Source: Octopus vulgaris
Taxonomy: Eukaryota
NCBI GenBank assembly: GCA_951406725.2
Contig: OX597816.1
Span: forward strand, 89,342,001 to 89,406,000
Direction of reading: 5' to 3'
DNA: 64,000 nucleotides
Position 1 is the stretch's first letter, and every line of letters starts with the position of its first letter. The notes beneath the pieces are model-generated. The model searched no databases and was not told the origin of the DNA. It saw only the letters and a program-made list of their open reading frames with translations. This document shows, piece after piece, positions 13,055 to 25,806 of the stretch. A program made the position numbers and the translations under genes.

Positions 13055-13260
13055 TGTTGGCACGAGGCTCTCAGTTTCAGCAGAGGAGATAAATCAATTA
13101 CATTGACCCAATATTCAACTTGGAATTTATTTTATCGAGCCCGACAGGATGAAATGCAAAGCCGGCCTCGCCGGAATTTGAACTTAGAATATGAATTCGG
13201 ACGAAATGTCGATAAGTATTTCGCGCGGCACTTTAACGGTTCTGCCACATCAGCGCCTTT
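13055..13260 (-). mobile_element. tRNA-derived SINE, family C
   Basis: Minus strand reads aaggcgctgatgtggcagaaccgttaaagtgccg...aagttcaaattccggcgaggccggctttgcatttcatcc. Similar to copies at ~46000, 63468 and 63938. Confidence 0.75.
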
Positions 13261-13684
13261 ATAGTATATGTATGTTACCTTCATGTGCAAGCCAATATTT
13301 CTACTGATGTGCGATATCAACTGATCCACTATTAAGCACAATTAGATCTACTTAATTAAGTGCAAGCAATGGTAACAAAATGCACTGCAACTGAAAAACT
13401 ATATACAAGCAAACTTATGATTTAAAGAAAAGAACGGAAATAATACGTGTGTAATGTATCAAAATTTCTCTACTTAAAGCACAGGAAAGAAAAACTGTTT
13501 GATCTACTGTGTTTTAATTAAATGGGACGAATCTGAAGTTTACCAAACCGCGTCTCAATCCACTGAACGCAAATGACACTTCCGTTAGCATTTAAAATTA
13601 TTTTGCTTGCTCAAATCCTTTTCCATACGAATCATAACGTAATGACGAAAATGAACATTATTACACACACACAGATGCAAGCAT

Positions 13685-13763
13685 GTTGTTGCAGTTGTTG
13701 TTGTTGTTCTTCTTCTTCTTTTTCTTCTTCTTCTTCTTCTTCTCCTTCTTCTTCATCATCATC

Positions 13764-13849
<86 letters not shown>
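13685..13849. repeat. Compound trinucleotide microsatellite (TGT)n(TCT)n(TCA)n(TTA)n, forming the 3' flank of the R4/Dong element
   Basis: Directly visible. Confidence 0.95.
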
Positions 13850-13852
<3 letters not shown>

Positions 13853-13937
13853 TAGTTTTATTTTTATAGCGTGCTTTCACTTCACTAGCTCTGTGTGCCT
13901 TAGATATGTGCTGCGATTTGTTGTGATGATCTGATGG

Positions 13938-16900
13938 TTATTGTATGGAAAATGTTCTGCGTAGGATGTGTGCAGTGCCTAGTAGTGCAATTTTCTGTAT
14001 GTTATATGTGTTTGTAAGTCCTGGTGTTTTTGTTATGTATTTGTCTGAATATTTTTTATCATGCCTAATGCACCTACTATAATAGGAATTGTTTCTGTTT
14101 TTAGATTCCACATTCTGGTTACCTCTATTTCCAGGTCTTTGTATTTTGAAAGTTTCTCCATTTCTTTTGTCATCTGCCGGTATTGATACATCAATTAGAA
14201 ATCATTTTTTTCTTCATGATCTCTGACAACTATATCTGGTCTGTTGGCCTTAATTTCTCTATCTGTGTGTATCGGCATATCCCAGAGTATGGTTGCTTTC
14301 TCGTTTTCTGTGATCTTTTCTGGTGTGTGCCTATACCATCTTTTTTCTGTTGTTATTCCATAATGTTGGCATAGCTTCCAGTGTATGTGAATATATTCCT
14401 TCTTAGCCAGGACTGGGCAGCCAGAGATAATATGATTTATTGTTTCTTGTCCATCTCCACATATTCTGCAGTTACTTGTTATATTTCTTTTCATTACATG
14501 TTTTTGGTAATTTCTGGTGGGGAGGCTTTGGTCTTGTGCTGCAATTAAAAATCCCTCTGGCTCTGCTTTGAGTCCTGAGCTTCTCAACCATTGCTGGGAT
14601 TTTTCTTTGTCTATTTCTTTTGCGTTTAGTTTAGTCCAGTATTTACCATGAAGGAGCTTTTCTTGCCATCGTTTTATCATGGTTCGTTGCTGTTCTATTT
14701 TTAGTTTGGATTTCATTTGTTTTATAGCTTTTGTTGTTTCTTCATTTTCTTCTCCTTCTTCTTCTTCTTCTTCTTCATATTTATTAGGTGGTATGATTTC
14801 TTGTTTGTATTTGTCAGCTTCCTTAAATACTGAGAACAGTTTTTTGTTTTACTCGTGTTTTGCCGCTATTTGTATCAGTTTTCCCCCTTTCTGAAGTAGA
14901 TATTTTTGAAGTCCTATGGTGGTTATTTTATAGTTGTTTTCCAGCTGTATAAGGCCTCTACCACCTTCTATACGTTGTTTACATAGTCTTTCTAAGTTAG
15001 ATTTTGGGTGATGCATCCTAGATCCTGTCATTATTTTTCTTGTTTTCCTATCTATTTTGGTCAGTTCATTTAGTGTCCAGTTAAGGATATTCTAGCTGTA
15101 ACTTATAACTGGGATAGTTAAAGTGTTAATACCTATTATCTTGTTTTTAGCATTGAGCTCTGTTTTTAGTATTGATCTAACTCGTCTATAATATTCTTTT
15201 TTTATTTTCTCTTTCATTTGTGTGTGTTGTGTCTTATCTAGTTCATGGATTCCTAAGTATTTGTAAGTTTGGCTTTGGTCTAATTCTTTTATTTCATTGG
15301 TTTTATCTAGTGTGATGTTGCTACTCATAACTAGTTTTCCTCTTTTCAGGGTTACTTTGGCGCATTTTTCTAATCCAAATTTCATATCTATTTCTTTGGT
15401 AAATCCATGAACTGTCTTTAATAATGTTTCCAGCTGTTTGTCATTTGCAGCGTATAGTTTTAGGTCATCCATATATAAAAGGTGGCTGATCGTTTTGCCG
15501 TAACATTTATATCCGCATCCAGTTCTATTTAGCATATCAGATAGAGGTGACAGTGCCAAGCAGAAAAGGAGTGGAGAGAGCGTGTCTCCCTGGAATATTC
15601 CTCTTCTAATGGGGATGGCTTTGGTTTTCATGAGTCCCTCTTTTGTTTGGAGCTGTAGCACTGTTTGCCATTTATTCATAGAGTGCCCTATGAATTTTAT
15701 AATTGTTGGTGCTACTTTGTTAATGGCTAGTGTTTCGAGGATCCATGTGTGGGGGATGCTATCAAACGCCTTTTTGTAGTCGATCCAGGCCATACTGAGG
15801 CCTTTCTTCTTTCTGTGGCTGTCTTCAGTTATGGCTTTATTAATCATTAGTTGATCTTTACAGCCATATGAGCCTTTGCAGCATCCTTTCTGCTCCTCTG
15901 GAAACAGTTTGTTTTCGTCCAGGTGCTTGTTCAACCTTTGCGACATCACTGCAGTAAATGCCTTGTACATTGTAGGGAGACAGGTTATTGGTCTTTAGTT
16001 TTCTGGTTTTGCTGTCTCATTTGATTTGGGAATTAAGATGGTTTTCCCCTTCGTGAGCCATTCAGGCATTGTCTCTGGCTCTGCTAGTATGTTGTTAAAG
16101 TTTTCAGCCAGCTTTTTGTGCATTCCTGTTAGATATTTCAACCAGAAATTGGGGATCTTGTCATGCCCAGGTGCCTTCCAGTTGCTTAGTCTTTGCAGTG
16201 CCTGGGTGACCTCTTCAGCTGTTATGGGGCTCCAAAGTTGCTCAGATGCTGATTTTGTTGTTTTAATACTCCTTTTTTTTTTTGGTTGTTCGTTCGCCGA
16301 CCATATTTCTTCCCCTTCTTCTGCCGTTGGTGCTGCAGTGATTTCTATTTTATTTTTGCCAAGTTCTTGGTAGAACTTTTGGGGTTGGAGCTGAACTTTT
16401 TGTTTTGTTCAAAGAAGCGCTGGCGTTTCTCGTATCGGTTGATCCTTTGTGCTTTGGCAAGGATATCTTGCTTCAGCTTTTCTTTTATCTCAGGTAAATC
16501 TTTTTCTGTGATGTTATATTTGCGGAGTATTTTTGTTTTCTTTTTGCTGCTCAGTAGCGTTGATTGTCTACTGATTTCATTAAGAATTGACAGATCTTTT
16601 CTCATTTTTTGTATTTTGTTTTGGATGTTATTTATCCACAGGGTTTGTTTGGGTGGTGGTACTCCTGTTTGGATGGGTTTGAGTGAGTATCCAGCTTCTT
16701 TTGTGGCTGCAGTGGCTGCTGCGTATACTAAGTCATTTAGCTCAGTGATATCGCTTTTTGTTTCAGTGGCTATTAGTTCCGTGACGGGTAGGTTTATGCT
16801 GTTTATAATTGGTGTTGTTGTTTCGTCTATTTTGATTTTTGGGAGGTATGGTCGGTGGTCCATTTTGAGCTCTGTGGTTTTGAGTTCTTTGATTATTTTA

Positions 16901-17684
16901 CTTTTTATATTATCATAATCATTAGGCTCCCCTTCGTTGTTTCCAGGTTTTAGATTTGTGTCGCTTTCTTTCTTATTTATATGTTTGTTTGTCGTGTTTT
17001 GACTTACTGTTTGTCGTGTATTATTATGCATCCTTACGGTCTGGGTTTGTTGTATTTTTTTTGTTTACATTGTGTTTGTTGGGAATGTTACGTTTGTCTT
17101 CGTGTTTTACTGTTTCAGTGTTTATATTATTGGGCATTGTTGTGTGGCTTCTATCTACATTTTCCTGTGTATTTTTTCTTTTAGATGTTCTATTTCTATT
17201 TCTGATATTTTTTTGCGTTGAGAATGTATCTTCGTACGTTAGCTAGTTTATTAGGGTTCATTGCTGTATCCAAGTCTATATTTATGTTATTTTCCTTCCA
17301 TATTTTATATGTATGTGTTGTTGTGTTTTCATTTTTGGGGTAGAGCACTGCTGTGAAGTATGCGTGTAGGATAGATATGTATTCCTCACGTGTCCATTTA
17401 TGTCTTTTGGGTTTTATTTGCGGGACATAAGGAACAACGTTCGGCCAATTATTTTGACGGTCGTCATTTTCGTAGGGTACCGGTCCGTTCATTTCTGTTG
17501 TCACATTGTTTTGCACGTGTAGTTTTTCGTACATTTTGTGTTGTAAGTTTAAAGTACGTACTTCCCGATTGTTATTCTTGGGTTGAATAATATCGGCGGT
17601 ATTTAATTTCTTCGTAGTTCCTTTGTACATGGTGTTTCGGGTCGGGGATGATCTGGTGTTGATGGATCGTAATGTTTCACGCAT
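13938..17684 (-). pseudogene. Disrupted RT-RLE polyprotein ORF of the R4/Dong element
   Basis: ORF pieces 17196-17684, 16345-17031, 15092-15970, 14849-15031 and 14195-14716. In-frame stops (e.g. KPEN*RPIT ~15996, ISYS* 15092), frameshifts and short deletions. Ends ...GTAHILRRTFSIQ* at 13938. Confidence 0.9.
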
Positions 17685-17885
17685 GTTTACATGTGTTGTG
17701 TTAGAGGTGGAGATGATATCGAGTTAAAATACATCATTTCGTTTCGAAAATAGTAATAAATTTCAATGAGTATTACTTACTCGGATATAGTCCAATCCTT
17801 TGTTAGTAAACTTTTGGCTCCATACGATGTCCTTATTTTCGATGTCTGTGGATAGATTTCGGAGCTCTGTTTTATCGTTCTTACA

Positions 17886-18142
17886 TCTTAAACGTCCCCG
17901 GTGTATTTCCTCTTAAACGTCCCCGGTGTATCTCCTCTTAAACGTCCCCGGTGTATCTCTCTTAAACGTCCCCGGTGTATCTCTCTTAAACGTCCCCGGT
18001 GTATCTCTCTTAAACGTCCCCGGTGTATCTCCTCTTAAACGTCCCCGGTGTATCTCTCTTAAACGTCCCCGGTGTATCTATCTTAAACGTCCCCGGTGTA
18101 TCTCTCTTAAACGTCCCCGGTGTATCTCTCTTAAACGTCGCC

Positions 18143-18143
<1 letters not shown>
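17886..18143 (-). repeat. 24/25-bp tandem repeat (10 full units plus 1 partial) at the 5' end of the R4/Dong element
   Basis: Unit on the + strand is tcttaaacgtccccggtgtatctc(c). There are no spacers, and the array abuts (TTA)n at 18144. Confidence 0.95.

Positions 18144-18213
<70 letters not shown>
18144..18213. repeat. (TTA)n microsatellite between two R4/Dong elements
   Basis: Directly visible. Confidence 0.97.
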
Positions 18214-18215
<2 letters not shown>

Positions 18216-20030
18216 GTTTGACTTTTGCTTTGTATTTGTACAAGTTGGCTCCAAGTCTCACCCAGAGATCTCAAGAGACAACAAGTTAGAAGTTCATGAT
18301 GGTGTTATGCTTCGGGTGTCCATATATTTGATTTTTTACATAGTATTGTTCTAGAGAATGTTTAAGAAAAAAAAAGAAAATTGTGAGTTTGTTTTAAATT
18401 TTAGATTACATAGACAGTATTTTACGTAGGATATAGGCAATTCCCATGAGCACTACTTTTTGAATTTCTGCCATTTTGATGTTTCCTGGTATCTCGGCTA
18501 GGTAGAAATCAGCTCTTTTTGCTACCATTCCTAGGGCACCTATGACAACAGGTATAGATTTAGTCTTCAGGTTCCACATTTTGCTCATTTCTCTTTCAAG
18601 ATCTTTACACTTGCTCAGTTTTTAGTAAGTCTTGACAGGTATATTTATATCGATTGGGATAGTCATATCAATGAGAAGGTCTGATTTTTGTCTGAAGTCT
18701 TTCAATACAATGTCTGGCCTATTTGTATCTATCTTTCTGTCAGTTTGAATGGTGAAGTTTCAGAGAAGTGAGATGTGATCATTTTCAAGCACTGACGGTG
18801 GTTTGTGTTACCACCAGTTTTTATCATTGGGCAGATCCCGGATTTTGTAAATTATCCAGTGAATATATTGTGTAGCTCTATCATGCCTGTTGAGACACTC
18901 TGTATTTGCAAGAAGACTGCACATGGAAAGAACATGATTAATGGTCTCATTTTGTTATGGACATACACGAAATGTTGGGCAGTTGCGTTCTTTGATATGT
19001 TGGCCTGGTAATTTTTTGTAGGTAAGCATTGATCTTGGGTTGCTATGATAAACCCTTCTGTTTCTGATTTTAAGCCAGAAGCCATTAACCGTTGATGGAT
19101 AAGTGCTTTGTCAACATCGGCATTATTAGCTCTCTTTGGGTATTTGCCGTTGAGAGGTTTTTCTAGCCATTTATCAGTAAAAATATCTAAGGCAGCAGTT
19201 TTAGCACGGATTTTCATACGCTTAGATTTTTCTGTGCTTGTTTCCAGTATGTCTAATTATGGGATTTGTTGTATTTGAAAACCCCCTTAGATATTCCTTT
19301 GCCTGTTTTGTTACTGAGTGTGATACTTTCTTGTTTTCATGTTTTAAGACAAGTTTTAACATCCAGTCCTCCGAGTTTTTCAGGTACGTGTCTAGGCTAA
19401 TTGTGAGAATCTTCATTGTTAATTCCAGTTGTAAAAGTCCATGTCCTCCCTCTTTTCTTGGCAGATAAAATCGTTCTATATCTGCCTTAGGGTGGTGCAT
19501 TCTGTGCATTGTCAACAATTTTCGTATTTTTCTGTCAACATTACTTATTTCAGTAATTGACCAGTTAATGATATTGAAAGTAAGTAATAATCGCTTCGAT
19601 CCTGTTTCTTTCATTCGGCTCTGTCTTGAGCTTGCTCTTACCCTGCGATAACATTCTCTTCTGATCCTTTCCCTCATCACTGAATGTTTGATTCCGTCCC
19701 CTTCGAACGCCCCTAGGTATTTGTAAGTATCCGCTTGGTTCTAACTCCTTTCTGACATTCTGCTAATCAAGGTTAACGTTGGATGTTTCTGTCATTTTTC
19801 CTTTGATAAAGGTACCTTTTGCGCAATTATAGAGGCCAAATTACGTCCTGATGTCATCACTAAATTGTTTAACAATCGCTAGTATGCACTGTAGTCGTTG
19901 GTCATTTTTTGCAAGGAGCTTTAAACCATCCACGTAAATGAGATGATTTATATTTTTATTAAACATTTTATAAACGTACTGTACATCATTGATCTATTTC
20001 GAGAGAGATATTAAGGCCAGACAAAAGACA
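18214..20030 (-). mobile_element. Second R4/Dong-clade element (different subfamily), RT C-half to 3' UTR
   Basis: FCLAL..NHLIYVDGLKL (decayed YxDD), MHRMHHPKADIERFYLPRKEGG, KPLNGKYP, SGLKSETEGFIIATQDQ, RPDIV and KVVLMGIAYILRKILSM*. The 3' UTR ends at (TAA)n. Confidence 0.9.
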
Positions 20031-20930
20031 TTGATATTTTCTTTTGTCACTCCCATTATGTTTCTTTTTCTTGACATCAACACCCACGTTTTCTGCTACA
20101 ACTATACTTGCTGCCATGGCTGAAGTGTGTTTGGCCATAGGTTTGCCCCGTTTTTTATCTTTCATTCAAGAGGGAAGGTAAGATTCATGATGAAATGCAA
20201 GACCTCTGTAACTGAGGGGAAGATAGAAGGAAGGAAGTTATTCTGAAACTGTATATTGGCAACAAAGTGAACTCCACCATTGGCACCCAAGGTGCCAGAA
20301 TCATGGTGAGAAACTCTACCGTCCAAATAGGTCATACCAGGATTTGAACTCCAGAACGGAAACAGCCTGAACAAATACTGCAAGGCATCCAGTCTGACGT
20401 TTTTACAGTAGTACCAATCTAGCCAGCTTAGATTGTTACTCATAAAGACCCCAAAAGAATTTAAAATATTGATGATCGATGACCCCCGGCAGAATTTGGA
20501 CAAATATCACAAAGTATGCTTTCACGATTCTGTCAGTTCACTAAAATCTGATGTGACTTGGGAGCATACAAAAAGAACATAATTCATCACTATACACGTC
20601 ATCAAGAGGGAGTTTTAATTGCTTGACATAGTAGCCGAATCTCATTGAAATGACACCCTACCCAAAAAGATGATGCATGAGATAATTGTAAATTTTGATA
20701 TACACAAGTATGGGAAGGTCATGAGTAGAAGGCTTTTGACGTATCAAAACCGCTCGATCTGAGCTGATCTGAAGCTAAACAGCAATAAGATCTGCAACTA
20801 GTTAACTCCCATAAAGCCTTTATCTGCACTGTATTACACTAACTCCAGTGTTATGACGTATTAATTACTAAGATGTTCACAACTCCACGATATTTTTTCA
20901 TAGGAATCCAGTCCATTAATTAATCGCCAC

Positions 20931-21545
20931 TTATCTTTTATCTTTGCCTTGTTTCAGTCATTAGACTGGGACATTGAAAATTTTTTAGTCAAATGAATCG
21001 ACCCAATACTTAATTACTAAAGCCTGGTACTTACCACAAAATTACAGATGTAGGCGCAATGGCCCAGTGGTTAGGGCAGTCGGAGGATCGCGGTTTCCCA
21101 GACCGGGCGTTCTGTATGTTTATTGAGCGAAAACACCTAAAGCTCCACTTTCTCTCACTCTTTCTTCCTGTTTCTTGAGTAACGCAGCGATGGACTGGCG
21201 TGCCGTCCAGCAGGGTGGGTGGGGGAACACATAAACCACAGAAACCGAGAAACCGGGCCCATGAGCCGGGTTAGGCTTGAAAAAGGGCGCATAAATAAAT
21301 AAAAATAAACAGAACAGCACCAGTTGTCAACCAGTGGTGAGGCGAACACACTCAAAAACATACACACATATACACACACACACGCACATATATACAACAG
21401 GTTTCTTTCAGTTTCCATCTATCAAATCCACTCACAGGGTTTTGGTCGGCCTGAGGATATAGTAGAAAACACTTGCTGAAGTTGTAATGCAGTGAGACCG
21501 AACCGGGAAACATGCGGTTGGGAAGCAAATTTCTTACGCCTGCAC
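20931..21545 (-). mobile_element. SINE family B copy split by a nested SINE
   Basis: The 3' part (20931-21052) and 5' part (~21306-21545, aaatccactcacagggttttggtcggcctgagg...gggaagcaa) are colinear with family B. Confidence 0.75.
21053..21308 (+). mobile_element. SINE with a family-A head and a different body (A'), A-rich tail
   Basis: The head ggcgcaatggcccagtggttagggcag...tttattgagcgaaaacacctaaagct matches 5015. It diverges after cttcctgtttct into gcgatggactggcgtgccgtccag...; tail is (ataa)n. Confidence 0.85.
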
Positions 21546-21988
21546 TTGTATCAACGTATATGAAACGAAAAATAGAATGGTTGCCCTGACATAATTTGAA
21601 CTGGAATTATAAAATAATCATAAATGAATGCTACAACAGATTTAAACTGATATTCACAACCAGTTGTAACACCGTTACACAGGCCAACATTCAATTCTCG
21701 AATATTACATTGTCACGAGACTTTTACATCTCAATATCTCAATATTATATCTATCGCCATACATGAAAACTCTATTTAAATGAAACAGCAGCAGCAGCTG
21801 AAGCTGTGGCAATATATGAAGTCATGAAATAAGTATTTCTGTTGCTTAGATGTTTTATGTTTTACTAGCTGCTGAGAAATTTTATATTACCGCAGTCATT
21901 GTCAAATTTATATAGATATACACACAGACACACATACACACAAACGCACACACACACACGCACACACACATTCACATACACACACACA

Positions 21989-22065
<77 letters not shown>

Positions 22066-24116
22066 GTATGTATATGAAGAATTTCATTTCGAAATGAAAA
22101 AAAAAAGCTTGGCAAAAACAAAAGCCCAAAATATGTTCATATTTTTGTTGATTTTTCTGGTATTTTTTATATATTTTATATACCTATGTTATTTTTAGAT
22201 AACACATTAAAATTTCGAATTCTTGCAAATTCTTTCTCTCTCTCATCTTTCTTGTTGTCCCCTCTCTCCCTCTCTCTCTCTCAACTTCTCTCTTCCTCTG
22301 TCTTTCTCTCTCTCTCTCTCACTTTATTCCCTCGATCTCCGAGATTTCTTTTAATCTTCATGATATTTGCATTGTTTCTGTGTATTTTATTCATTTAATT
22401 TGCGCGTGTCATAAAGCAACAGGCAGGCTTCCGGCATGTTGGTGCTGCAAAACTGCTTTTAATACATGACTGAATACAAGATCACACTACTTCTATCTTA
22501 CGTTACTAATGCCCTTCGGTGGCGATTAAACGTGACGCAGTATCATTTAACTTCCCTATAAATGTGTGTCTAAGTAAGACATCCTTTATCAATTTTATGC
22601 GTGGAACTTGCACCACCTTCAGCTCTAACATTCTTCGTGATATCAAATTCCCACAATTGTTTTAATAAATTCACAAACGTACCTTTTGAAAAGTATTTAC
22701 TTCATTTACACATTACACAATTACATTTATACATTTGACAGAATATATATTTCTTTTAAATGTATGCTGATTCTTCTTCACCCAACAAATTATAAGTTTA
22801 AAGAAATATTTTGTCGAGTTACCATACCATTGGACAAGTGGCTGAATAGCGATGGAACGTACCAATTGAACGCTGTGGTTCACAACAAAGATTTTCAACC
22901 GACTATTTTTTTCCAGCTATAAACTTAATGAATGTTTCATAAGCTTGCTGAAATGAGTCGAGTTGAAGAGGGACAAGCTTCACCAGAAGTATTTCCCCCA
23001 TACATGCTACACTGTTTGAAGAGTAGCTGTTTACTGATGCTTTACCCGGAAATAGATAATGGGACCTTGCAAATTATTGTTGAAAACAAAATACATGAAA
23101 TCTAAATGATTACCATGAAAGTTTCCGGAAATTTCTCCTAAGTTGTTCGGTGCTATTATCTTTTGCTCAGTTATATGAAAAGAGATAGTGACATACGAAA
23201 ACTAGTATTGTAACACATAAATATCTCTCGTCTGATGCTAATTGGTGGAATGAGATTATTAATGAGAAAGCCTCCTTCATGCTCAAGTTTCAGCGCTACG
23301 CTCTGATGCTTTGACGGTGGTCATAAAGCCTTGCGTGTATAATATTTCTAATTTTGCATTAGGGGCAAGATCAATTACTTTTTGCAGAGGGTGAGGAAGA
23401 CAACTTAATTAACCGACTGCTAGTGATACTTTACGGTATTCAATCAATGATGCGAAGTAATGCAATGTCAGGATTTGATCTTTAAACGTCGACCGACGAC
23501 AGGAAATGCCGTAAGGGATTCACTGCAGCTTTTTATCGTTACTGATTGTTCCTCGCCACATTCGACATAAACAAATATTGATTTGTTTTCATTGACACGA
23601 AGAGAGAAAACTGCAAAGTAAGAGTATTATCGATAAAATCGACCCAACTATGTTTTGAGGGGTACTTATTTTATCGATCTCTAATTGATTTAACTCGATC
23701 TTTGCAAGGTTTCAATTCAGAACTCCGAGAGGTAAAAAAAATACATAAAAAACCATAAAAGCAGCAACACTAAAACTACGACATAATTGACTTCTGAAAT
23801 AACAGGTTATTTTTTTTAACGCCAAGGTTCACAAGTAAACACAATGAAACAAAATGACATTCTATCTATATTTACCTAACACAAGGTGTAAATATAACAA
23901 CATATTTACAATACAAGAAAGGCAATCCAACTAATTTTTCGACTTTCAAATTTTTTCTCATATATCAATTACTAAAGGCTGAGTGCTGTGTAACTGCTAC
24001 ACAGATATATACATAGACATAACAGAAGTAAATAGACAATCTTATAATCGTTAAAATTTATGTAAATCTGAAATTATACATTCAAAGTATTTATTAGTTA
24101 TTATAATGTGAATATC

Positions 24117-24585
24117 TAATATTTACTAGACATGCCCTTTGCCTTTTTTAATGCAAGGACCCTATTAGGCATGCTACTGATTAGACGACGAATATTCTCT
24201 GGAAGAATTCCATGCCAAGTTTCATCAAATAATCTCAAAAGACCTGGCTTTGGGAGTGTTTTTTTTTCTTTTCTTTTTATGAAGTGTCCTGTCCATTATG
24301 CCCCAGAGATGTTCAATTGGGTTCATATCCAGTGACTAGCTTGGCCATAAAAGCTTTTTTAATGCCATTCTCTTCCAACCAATGTTGAGTCTTTTTAGCT
24401 GTGTAACAAGAAACCCCATTTTCCATAAATAAAGAGTCGTCTTTAAAGATTTCACCACTAGAGAAGACTGGAAGGAGTCCTTTCTGCAATATGAACACTT
24501 ATTTATCTGAGTTTATGTTTCCCTCATACTTCATCAACTCTAATCGACCATTGCTTCAAATTGCTCCCCAGACTACACCGGGAAA
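24117..24585 (-). pseudogene. Tc1-family (DD34E) transposase C-terminal remnant
   Basis: FMENGVSCYTAKKTQHWLEENGI (cf. FQQDGAPCH), WPS*SLDMNPIEHLWG (cf. WPSQSPDLNPIENLW) and IRRLISSMPNRVLALKKAKG..KY*. Confidence 0.85.
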
Positions 24586-24609
24586 ATATTATGCTCCACT
24601 TGTTGGTAT

Positions 24610-25090
24610 ATGAAGGGCGCTGTCTATCCCGAAGTGTTAAACCAAAATGATATAGTTAGCGGGAAGGTTTGTCGTCAACTGAACAAAATTGCACAAAAGT
24701 TTGCGACCATTATTGTCAATTGCAAATGGATGTTTCTCTAACAAGATATTGCAAGTCAATAAGGGAAAGATTATGCAACTACATATGGAAGTTTTGCCTC
24801 ATTCTCCTTACTTTCCTGGCTATCATTGTTTCAGATCATTGCAGCATTATTTAGAAGAAAAGCAGCTTCTTAATTGTCAAGAGGTTAAATGTGATATACT
24901 AATGATATTGAGCGTCTCGCTGCTTCCTAGCCTTACGAACTTTATGCCTGAGGGATGAACAACATGAGAAATAGACATGGTAATTTTCAGATAAACGGGA
25001 TATATTTTGATTAAATATATCAATTAAGACCGAAGAAGAATTTGTTTCTTTCCCATTTTGAAATGCCACAGTACTTTCTTTCTAACATAT
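24610..25090 (+). mobile_element. mariner 3' remnant with a probable right TIR
   Basis: MEVLPHSPYFPGYHCFRSLQHYL (cf. HPPYSPDLAPSDYHLFRSLQ). Ends aaatgccacagtactttctttctaacatata, resembling a mariner TIR followed by TA. Confidence 0.75.
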
Positions 25091-25294
25091 ACACACATAC
25101 ATACAGAATACTTTCTCTCACGCGCACTCACACACGCAACTATACACACATGCAAACATTCACACACACACATCTCAAAAACAAAATGGACACACCATAT
25201 TATACATTTTTATATCTGTGCGGACACAATCTGCTGCTTTAAACTTCTTAATGCATTACCATTTTCACTCAACAGTATATCCTTTACGATAACT

Positions 25295-25460
25295 ATCCCA
25301 GCCCCAAACACGAGAAGAAAAAGTGTGGTCTGATCTTCAAAGTGGGCGCATTATGAGTCAATCAGAGTGTGTATTTAGCCAGCGTAAGATTACACAAAGA
25401 CTTATAGACAAAAACTTGAGCATTCCTCTTGCTACAGTCAACAGTGTGACTGTACAACCC
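25295..25460 (+). pseudogene. Tc1-like transposase N-terminal HTH remnant
   Basis: WSDLQSGRIMSQSECVFSQRKITQ..NLSIPLATVNSV resembles the Tc1/Tc3 first HTH. Confidence 0.55.
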
Positions 25461-25806
25461 ACCTTTTGTACAATATTCTGCTAATGTCGATCTGAGCTCT
25501 CTCACAGGCGTCTTCATGCTGCTAGGTGGATTCTGGAAAAATCATCTCCGTTGTGAGACACATGTCGCAGAGTAACTCCCAATAAACTCGAGTATTTCTG
25601 TGTTTCTGTGAGGGTTATCCATCTACTTCGATACTCAGATGAAAACAATAATACTTTATGAAGTCTGAAGCAACACGTAGTAAGTTTGACTGATAAAATG
25701 GTATAGTGAGGGGTGTCTGTTTACTATTGAGATGTCTGTGTGTGTGTGTGTATACCGTTTTATCTCTGGGGACCTACTACGAGTCGTTTTCATAGCATTT
25801 TTTCGA

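Larger units (their letters stand above)
13850..18143 (-). mobile_element. Near full-length R4/Dong-clade non-LTR retrotransposon inserted in (TAA)n
   Basis: One long ORF broken into pieces: N-terminal KRHKWTREEY, RT (WKAPGHDKIPNFW, RPITCLP, WIDYKKAFDS, RGIFQGDTLSP, HLLYMDDLK), CCHC finger CRICGDGQETINHIISGC, and RLE motif RPDIVV..KYKDLE. It has a short 3' UTR and (TAA)n on both sides. Confidence 0.93.

Noticed and set aside
15092-15970. 292-aa reverse transcriptase as a stand-alone gene (retron, DGR or host RT)
   Set aside because: It is a stop-bounded piece of the disrupted R4/Dong polyprotein, continuous with upstream and downstream LINE motifs.
16286-16918. 210-aa hydrophobic + strand ORF
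   Set aside because: Antisense shadow of the A-rich LINE ORF with no recognisable domain.
17886-18143. CRISPR-like array of 24-25-bp repeats
   Set aside because: Units are contiguous with no unique spacers, there are no cas genes, and the context is a eukaryotic LINE 5' end.
20238-20320. HDV-like ribozyme at the putative 5' end of the second R4 element
   Set aside because: Short crossing stems exist (caccat/atggtg, attctg/cagaat), but the conserved L3, P1.1, P4 and catalytic-C context is missing, and 6-bp matches arise by chance.
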